Shown here: positions 54,935-64,000 of the stretch, piece after piece
Layout of the letters: each line of letters starts with the position of its first letter
Numbering within the stretch: position 1 is the stretch's first letter
Source of the DNA: Lama guanicoe
Lineage: Eukaryota
Assembly: GCA_013239625.1 (NCBI GenBank)
Contig: MU054323.1
Location: 17,302,029-17,366,028 of the forward strand
Length of the DNA: 64,000 nucleotides
Direction of reading: 5' to 3'
Notes under the pieces: model-generated
What the model saw: only the letters and a program-made list of their open reading frames with translations
Told to the model about the DNA's origin: nothing
The model's database searches: none
Translations under genes and position numbers: made by a program

Positions 54935-55559
54935 ACGTTAGTTCATAAAGACCTGAAGGAGAATACTTTTATAGTTTCGTTTGTGTGAATTGATTGGCGA
55001 CTGCCCACCAATCAGGGTGATGTAATGGATTAGCAGAGGCCAAAAAGTGAGTCCAGTGAACAGATCCTGAAGTTTTTTTTCACCTCTGTGTAACAGGGGT
55101 CATAGGATATCACAAGTAGTATGACTATAAGCTCAGTGAGTGTATTGAGTGACCATGTATACTTCACTTTTTTCTAAGCACCCAACATATTTCCTGATCC
55201 TTAGTACGTACTCAGGAAATATTTGTCGACAGACTGAATGAAATGAACATCAGACCTCAGGCTCCTTTGTATGAACTGGTACCACAGTCACTACACTTAA
55301 AAGTAAATGCATCAACTTTAATGTTTTACCAGCAAAAGAAAATAAATGAATTCAACAGTTTTTATCAAGAATTTAGAAAGGAAAATCATCAGAAAGTAGA
55401 ATAAATTCATAATGATAAAAAGTAACACATGACATAAAAACCATAAAATCAGAGAGAATAATTATGTTTCAGCTTTTATCTTTTAGAAGAAAAACACAAT
55501 CAAGGAAAACAAACAAGTAGAGTAAAAGAGAAATGGGAAAATATATTTCAAATAGAAGC

Positions 55560-57500
55560 AATTTTACAAATAGCATTTTACACGTAGAACTGAATGTTAG
55601 AACTCTTAAAATAATGAAATGAGACAATTGTGTGGCAAAAAACTAAAATAGAAAAAAAAATTAAGGAAGAAATGAAAATGTTATTTATAGAATTACATAC
55701 TACAGAAGATTCAAGGACCAGATGGTTTTTCTGTTGGAATATTTCAAAGTTTAAAGGCCAGATCATTTCATGATTTCCAGAACAGAATAAGATGGAAAGC
55801 TATTTAACTCATGTTATGAAGTAAATATAACCATAACAAAAGCTGATAAATAGAGCACAAAAAGAAAAACCACAAATGAATCTCATAAAGATGGACGCAA
55901 AAATCCTAAATAAAATAATGAATAGAATTCATCTGTATATTTATAAGATTAATCCACCATGAATAAGTAAGACTTAATGTTACTAAACAGAAGGTTCAGT
56001 ATTAGTAAACCTATAATTTCAATTTGCTTAATGAGAAAACTCATTTTCCTATCACTAAGATGGCAAACTACTTATAAAAGTAAATGTATACTCCCAGCAA
56101 AAACACAGAAGATAACTATGAGAAGAAATTTTCTTAACTAAAAAGCATCTAATCAAGCAAACAGCAAAATTATACTTATCCCTGCTGAAACTGAGATGAA
56201 AATAGAGCTTCCTATTCTTACTATTACTGTTCAATCTTTCTTTGGGAAGTTATGACTAATGGTATAAAGCATAACACAGAAATAAGCTCAAAGGAAAATA
56301 CACTATTAGTATTGCTAGACATGATAGAAAATCTAAGAAAATTAGTAATTCCTGGAATTAAGGGGAATTGACTATTAAAAAATGAATACCATTCACAATA
56401 AAAAAATACCTAAGGAAAAAAAAACCTAAGAAAAAGCTAAATGTCATAAATGTTCTTTTCAAATTAATTGATAGATCATTCCAACTGTATTCTGGGGAAT
56501 TACTACCCACTGCCCCCTAATTATAAAGTTTATTTGGAAAAACAGAGACAAAATTGGTAAAGAAAATACTGACGAAACACTGGCAAACCAGCTTTATCAT
56601 ATGTGAAAGCGCTATAAATCTAAAGCAGGGTCTCTCAGCCTTGGCACCACTACTGGCCTTTCAGACTGGATAGTTCTTTGTAGTGGAGGGCTGTCCTGTG
56701 CATTGTAGGATGTCAGCAATATTCTTGTCCTCTACTGACTAGATGCCTTTAGTACCTCCCAGTTAGAACAATGAAAAATATCTCTAGACATTGCTAAATG
56801 TTCCCTAGTGGGCAAAAATTGCCCCAGTTGAGAATCACTGATTATAAAGTGCCCATCATCAAAACTGGGGCGCTAGTTTAAGAAGTTAATGGTAAATAGT
56901 ATTTATTAAAGAAGGAAGTATCATATGTAAATGGTGATGAAGAAGACTCATTCAATAAACCTAGGTCAACAAATAATCTGGTGAGAAATAAATTTGAATA
57001 TTTCATATGATATCTAAAATAGACTTCAGGTTGATTAAAGAATATAATTTAAAAAGTCAAACCATAAAGCTAAAAGAAATTATGTCTGAATAATAAATTA
57101 CCAGACTGGAAGGATTTTCTAAGGTTAGAAACAATAGAAATCATAATGAGAAAAATGGACAGATTACAGAATTTAAAAATACTGTATTTCAAAGAATAAA
57201 AACTAAGGAGCAGATTGGTAAAATATCTAGCTCAACAAATATCCAGCTAAATATATGAAGATATTCATTATAACATTATTCAGGAAAGCAAAAAAGCTGG
57301 ACACAATGTATGCGTGCATCCAGTCACAGGGTGATAGTTAAATAAATTGTAGAACAATTTTAAGGAACACCACGCAGCCATTACAAATGTTAATTATGAA
57401 GACTAATAAAACATGACAATGTACTGAGGAAATGGTAAGTGAAAAAAATAAACAATAACGTGTACATGTCACACAATTACAACTATATACAATATGAATA
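55560..57500 (+). mobile_element. Degenerate LINE-1 ORF2/3' region, interrupted by a MER20-like element
   Basis: A-rich, with L1 ORF2-like phrases (caaggaccagatggttttt, gcaaaaatcctaaataaaata); many stop codons. Confidence 0.65.
56626..56840. mobile_element. MER20-like hAT-Charlie DNA transposon fossil
   Basis: cagggtctctcagccttggc...gggctgtcctgtgcattgtaggatg...gttgagaatcactg; about 215 bp with CAG/CTG termini. Confidence 0.8.
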
Positions 57501-57527
57501 GGACAAAGATTAGAAGTAAATATAGCA

Positions 57528-57654
57528 GGGGAGGGTATAGCTCAGTGGTAGAGCGCGTGCTTAGCATGCACAAGGTCCTAGGTTCAATCCCTAGAACCTC
57601 CTCTAAAAACAAAGAAATAAGTAAACCTAATTACCTCCCCTAGCCAAAAAAAAA
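57528..57654 (+). mobile_element. tRNA-derived SINE (camelid Vic-1-like), well-preserved copy
   Basis: GGGGAGGGTATAGCTCAGTGGTAGAGCGCGTGCTTAGCATGCACAAGGTCCTAGGTTCAATCCC, intact A and B boxes, ACCTAATTACCTCCCC tail; flanked by aagtaaat. Confidence 0.87.
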
Positions 57655-58498
57655 GTAAATGTTGTGTGTGAAGACCAATGAATAAATCAGGGTGGCTTCA
57701 GCTTAAGTTAAAAAAAAAAAAAAAGTCAATACGAAAGTGGTATAAAGCCTGAACAAAAAAAGTGGGAAAATACGTTAACTGAGAAAGTATCATCAGGACA
57801 TAACAATGTTATGTGCAGTACAACTTAAAGCTATACAGAAAACCCAGAGAGTTGAGGAAAATGCTAGAAGAAAATATACCACATACTAAAAAGACTAAAC
57901 ACCAGCTGTGTCATTGAGGTGATAATTTTTGAAAGCATTTAAAGGAAGAATCATCAGAGCATATATACAAGCAGAGAAAAGAAACCAGTGTTAAAGAGAT
58001 ACTGAAGATATCAAATATAGGAAATAAATGACGGAATAAGATACAGGAAGGGAAAAGATTCAGATGGTAGATGTTTCAGTCTTTAAAGGAAGAAAAGGCA
58101 TTTCCTTCCTCTGGTGCAGAAGGGAAAGAAAAAAGGGTAGTAAAATTTTGATATGCAGAAGGTGTGGGCCCAAAGGTACATGCATCATGATTTTTAACCA
58201 TGTGAAACTGTTTATAAGAAGCATGATTATAAATATGGGTAAATATGGTCATGCCCTTTCTGTAGAGTGTTTGGTTTATTAAAATTGAATTAAAAAGATT
58301 TCTATGAATATTAAAACAGAAGTTAGTATTGTATAATATCAAATTGCTGCCCAATATAGAAATAAAAAAAATATATATATATATTGTGCTTGATCTTAAA
58401 CAGTCCTAATAGAGAAAAATTCTAAGGGGATTCAGGTGCTAAATATATGCTAAATTAGTACTTTCTGCTGGTATATTAGACATGTATCTATTCAGTCA

Positions 58499-58681
<183 letters not shown>

Positions 58682-59135
58682 CTACAATAAAAAAAATAGT
58701 ATTTAGGGAGTGTAAGTTTACAAAAGGAATCACAAGTTTTGCCAAAAACCGCTAGGCTAAGAGTAAAGCCCAAACACAAGAGTATCAGTTTGATTCTAAG
58801 AATGATAATACTGCTTCAAAGACTCTACTACAGATTAAAAAGGGGTGTGTGTGTGCCCGTGTGAGAGCAATCTAGTTCATCTCGCTATTCCTCAATTATG
58901 TGAGCATTTAATTGTACATTATATTACAAATTACATACTGAAATCTGTTTCTTCTAACTTAAGCTAGGACCTGTGAACGCATTTTAATGAGACTGCCTAA
59001 TTAAAAAAGAGCAACCAATTCAATACAGAATTTAGATAATCCCATCATTTCAACTGTTACTGAAAAGACAGATGAGGCACTTAAAAATTAAAGATCATAA
59101 CTGACTCTTAGGACAGGGAATGGAAGTTTATTTTA

Positions 59136-59345
<210 letters not shown>

Positions 59346-60594
59346 TTAAAAATTTGTTTTCCCACTCAAGATATGTTTTAAAGAATTTAATGTCGAAAAA
59401 AAAGTGGAGGGTGGCTACACGGTAAAACCGTAGAGAAAATGTATTTAGAATGACAGGTAAATAGTAGGTGACTGGAGGGTGAGGCAGTGCCTTCACAGTT
59501 AGGCATGCTGCTCTTTACTGTTTTCCAGACAGATACCGTCAAGTGTCAGTCACTTCCTATTGTATTTGGTGCATTCTCTCTCAGCATTAGAATTAACTGA
59601 TCAGTCTATCATCTTGTTGAATATATGCTGGTCTTTAGGATGTGGGTGTATTCTAGGGGAATTTATTCTCAAATTCAGAATTCTCTTCCTCCTATTCTTT
59701 ATCTAGTTGCAAGGTTTTAGTGATTAACGCTCAATTTCTTTCTTTGATATACAGAAATAATCAGCTACATTTCTAGGAAAAGCTCCTTAGATACGCACTA
59801 TAATGTAAAAAGTAAAAGTATTTTACCATGATTAAGAATAAATTTTTAAAAATTACTTAGAAAAAAGTCAATGGAAACAAAAACTCTTTACATTTAAATA
59901 CCAAGAATTCTTGGAAAGTATAAATATCCCAGTAAATAGCTAAAAGGAAGCTATGCTCAAAAGAAGAAAATTCCTCAGTGGGAATTTATTCTCTATTTGT
60001 AACATTCAAAAGAAATTTTTATTTACTAATCATTTATCAGTAAAGGGGAAAAAAACATTTTAAACTTGGTTTTCAATAATGTGTAATATTAAACAACTTA
60101 TAATCTGAGGAAAATAGGATACATAAATGGAAAAAATAAATATCAATCAATATTAAATATTAACAAAAATGTGAAGTTGAAGATTACATTATTCTCTGGT
60201 GCGGCTGATCTAACACTAAGAAAAAAACACTCAAGACTATCAAAGTAACCTCGCCTTATTATCAAATTAAACATAGTATGTTTACATGTTTAAGGCACTA
60301 GTTAGATCTCTACAAATATTTCATACTCTAGCTAAATAGTTAGCTGGACATTTAAAAAGGTATGATACAAGTATATGTTTATATCTTTTATTTAACTATT
60401 TCAGTTGATATTACTAGGTATACAAACTTAGATCACCTGTGGGGCTTTTGTAAAAATAGGTAGGTCCAGGGTGATTTATCTAGAGGTGACTTCAATTCTA
60501 ATGCATAGCTATGACTAAGAACCACTGCAGCAAATGAACAAGAACCTCTTAGATTAAAAAGGCAGAAACTGGAACCCTGGTACAATGTTGATAA

Positions 60595-61200
60595 TGTAAA
60601 TGTAAAATGTAAAATGTAGCTGCTATGGAAAACAGTATGGAGGTTCTGCAAAAAAATTAAAAACAGAACTATCACATGATCCAGCAATTCCACTTTTAGG
60701 TATTTATCTAAAAGTACTGAAATCAGGATTTCAAACAGATATTAGCACTCCCATGTTCACTGCATTAAACACAATAGCCAAATACAGAAACAACCTAAAT
60801 GTCTACCTATGAACGAAGGGATAAAGAAAACGAGAAATCTATGTACAATGGAATATTATTTAGCCTTAAAAAAGAAGGAAATCCTACAATATGTGAATAA
60901 CATGGATAAACACTGAGGACATTTATGCTAAGTGAAATAAGCCAGTCATAGAAGGACAAATACTACATGATTCTACATATATGAAGTGTCTAAAATAGTC
61001 AAACTCGTAAAAGCAAAGAACAGAATAGAATGATAGTTGCCAGGGGCTGCGGGAGAGGGGAATGAGTTGCTAATGAGCATGTATAAAATTTCAGTTATGT
61101 AAGATGAATAAATTCTAGACATCTGCTGTACAACATTATGCCTATAGTTAATAACACTATATTTATTTGTACATTGAAAAAAATCTTACAATTAAAAAAA
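60595..61200 (+). mobile_element. 5'-truncated L1MA-type LINE-1 3' end
   Basis: ctatggaaaacagtatggaggtt...gatccagcaattccactttta...atgctaagtgaaataagccagtca; A-rich end. Confidence 0.85.
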
Positions 61201-61699
61201 CAGAAAGAAAAAGGAAAAAGCAGGAAATGACCTTCTCAGTAATTTATTGAAAATAGGACAGAAATGAAAATTGTATGTCTTATGAGTTATGTTTCCTCTT
61301 TACAAAGTTTTAATCATTATAATGGAAAAAGGTTTCTTCATACTGAAGTGTAGTTATTTGACTTGCTAAAGAAGAAATCAGGAAGTAACATTTGGAGGGA
61401 AAATTCCCAAGTTTTACTTTTTAGAAGTTAAGAAGTAATAACATAAATAGAAGGAAGTCCTAACTTTCAGACGAGTTATTTCTCTTTAAGAACAGCCTTC
61501 TGGTCTTTATCCACACTCTAGCTCACGCTCTAGTCATTCCCTTATGTCATTGGTCCCTTATTCTGATAATGCTAATATGATCTGTGGAAACTTCATATCA
61601 CCCTTATAAAATATTGGTCTAGAAATCATATTGTATTTACTTAGAAAAAAATATGGCCAATACATAAAACTCCAATCTCTGGTTCAAACTATAAAACTG

Positions 61700-64000
61700 G
61701 ACTGAGATTCTGGACTTCTGACATGACCGTGTAAGGAGTTCTGTTTACTCCTCAGTGAAACTGGTAAAAATTATACATATAATTATATATGAAGTTCCAG
61801 CAATCTCTGGTAATGGCCCTAAGAGCAAATGGCAAGTAAAGAAACATCTATTCAGGAAAATCTACAACAAGTCAGTAAGAGAGGTAAGAGTCTGTGGTAT
61901 ATGAACCAAGACTGCCCCCCTCTTCCTCTCAGAGACCCTTGTGTGCGGGTAGGGGTGGGTAGTGGGGCTCTCTATCCCCCTGGCTCCCAGCTGAAGGCTT
62001 TCTTCCCTGGAGGAGCAGGATTTCCGCATTTCTCATCCTGCCCCCAGATGCCAGCTGCTGAAGCTAAGCCCCAAGTATAGAGTATAGATTCTGCCTAACT
62101 CCCACATGGAACAGAGGCTCTACCCTGAGTGGTATACTAACAGCAGTGGGAAGACATCCCTTCTCGATTCCCAAGACAGTGGCTCCACGCCAGGAGAAGC
62201 AAGCCAAGAGGACCTCAGGCTACTGTGGGAGGATGTGCACACACACCAAATCTCTCACCACCCTACCAACCACGAGCACTCAGTTCCTAGAAGAGGACTG
62301 TCACTCAGAGAGTAGCCTGTCACTATCTCCAGCTCCAGAGTCCAGGCTCAAACAGCTCCTAGTCTGTCATTTGCAACAAAGTGCGGAGAAGTTTTAACCT
62401 AAGGAACACCTCAAGAACAGTGAAGGTGATGGTGAAGGGCAATTCAGAAGATTCGTGGATCTAATGAAGATACAGCCTGGACAGAGCGCCAACTAGCTTG
62501 CAGGAGAAAATCAGAGAATAAGACAGCTGGAAGGACCCCTCCTGGGGTTAGAACACATAACGGAGACCTCAGAAAACATTCCTTCAGGAGTCACAACTTG
62601 ATTGGATTAGTTTGCAGAGCAATTTATGCCACAAGGTAATTGTTGAAAATAACGGAGCCATCAGCTGGCAATTAATGGAACTTAACAACTGAGCTTGGTC
62701 AAGGACGGGAAAGAAAGCCCTACCTTCATCACTGCCTTTTTAGGGTGACTGTGGGCATACCCAAATCTCTACCTCCCAGAAGAAGAACATTTCAGTTTAA
62801 CATCTCAGTGTCAGGGGTGTGGGAGGAACAGGCTTCACTAAAATAATCCAGCTAATTACTAAACAAATGAACAAGCAGTAACAGGAACAAGCCTTGCGGG
62901 TAGGAAGAGCAGTACTTCAAATTGCTACAGTTTATTTTCTAAAATGTGAAGCTTCACTGGGAAAAAAAGCAGGGAACAAGTAACTGCCTGTAAGACAGAT
63001 CAGATGTCAAATTTAACAACAAAAAGATTTCAGAGTAGCTATTATGAATATGTTCACAGAACCAAAGGAAAGGATGATGTAAAAAGTAAAGGGAGGTATG
63101 ATGACAATGTGCATCAATAGAGAGTATCATAAAAGACACAGGAATTAGAAAAGAAACCAAATGGAAACTGGATTTGAAAGGTACAATAATTAAAAAATTT
63201 ACTAGAGGGACCTAACAGTCAATTTGAATTCGCAGAAGTAATAGTTAAACTTGAAGACAGAGGTATTGTTTAAAAAATGAAGGCAAAATATAGACTTTCC
63301 CAGATAAACAACAACTGAGAGTTTGTTGCTAGCGACCCACCATACAAGAAATATTAACCCAAGTTCTTCAGGCTGAAAGCAAGTGACCCCAGATGGTAAT
63401 ATGAATCCACATAAAGAGCAGCAGAAAAGGTAATTATGTGATTAAATGGCTATTTTTTCCCTTACTGCATCTCTTTAATTGATCTAAAAACCAACTGTAT
63501 AAAGTAATATGAAATGAAATGTATTGTCAGGCCTGTAACATAGAAATGTTATTTATGTGAGGCATATTGCTAATAACTACACAAAGAGTGGGTGAAAGCA
63601 AAGCAGTAATGGGCCCAGAAAATGAGGGTAAATGGTAAAACAATAATTATAACAATGCATTGTTAGATCTACATAACATAAGACAATACCCTAAAGAAGG
63701 AGGAACGGGAATAGGGCTATAGAGGAGTAACCTTTCTATATATCATTGGAATTAAGCTGGTATAGATCTGAAGCTAATTCTGGTTAAGATGTATGTGGTA
63801 AACCTAAAAGCAATCACTAAAAAAAAAACCTTTAAAATGCTTCATTAGAAAATTATTCACTGAGTGTAAAAGAAAGGAGAAATAGAGGGACAAAAAAAAG
63901 ACATGATGCAGAAATAGCACTGCACTGAAATTTCTAACATAGCTGACTGCTATGAAGTGTAAGAAGGTCAGTAATACTTACTTCTCAAACCACAGAGTGA
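61700..64000 (+). mobile_element. Old LINE-1 5'UTR/ORF1-like remnant
   Basis: ORF1-like phrases (gtagctattatgaatatgttcacagaaccaaagg, gactttcccagataaacaacaactgagag, aagttcttcaggctgaaagc); degenerate. Confidence 0.6.

Noticed and set aside
57528..57600. Possible functional tRNA gene
   Set aside because: One of five dispersed copies with AT-rich tails and flanking repeats, so a tRNA-derived SINE.

Overview
Mammalian genomic DNA, not prokaryotic. The young tRNA-derived SINEs resemble the camelid (Vic-1-type) family, so the source is probably alpaca, llama or camel (inference). Two convergent genes dominate the window. On the + strand are the last 9 coding exons of ARHGEF33 (RhoGEF/DH protein, 4107-27959, 3'UTR to about 29300). 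On the - strand are the last 8 coding exons of SOS1 (exons 16-23 by human numbering, 59319-39945), covering part of the CDC25 RasGEF domain and the Pro-rich tail, with a ~4.5 kb 3'UTR. I read the exon boundaries by hand: all are GT-AG and phase-consistent except the large GC-rich ARHGEF33 exon, which carries a 73-bp tandem duplication that frameshifts the gene (probably an assembly artefact). Introns hold L1, L2, MIR, hAT (MER5/20/33-like) elements and SINEs; these repeat boundaries and family names are approximate and recognised by eye. The best leads are: (1) a TSD-flanked, tailless 5' half of tRNA-Ile whose anticodon reads GAT, a possible DNA fossil of an inosine-edited tRNA fragment; (2) a candidate in-frame alternative last exon in SOS1 intron 21 that would replace the Grb2-binding tail with a 139-aa basic tail; (3) a ~190-bp near-perfect palindrome in SOS1 intron 20; (4) the ARHGEF33 duplication. 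No databases were searched; gene identities come from recognising the protein sequences.
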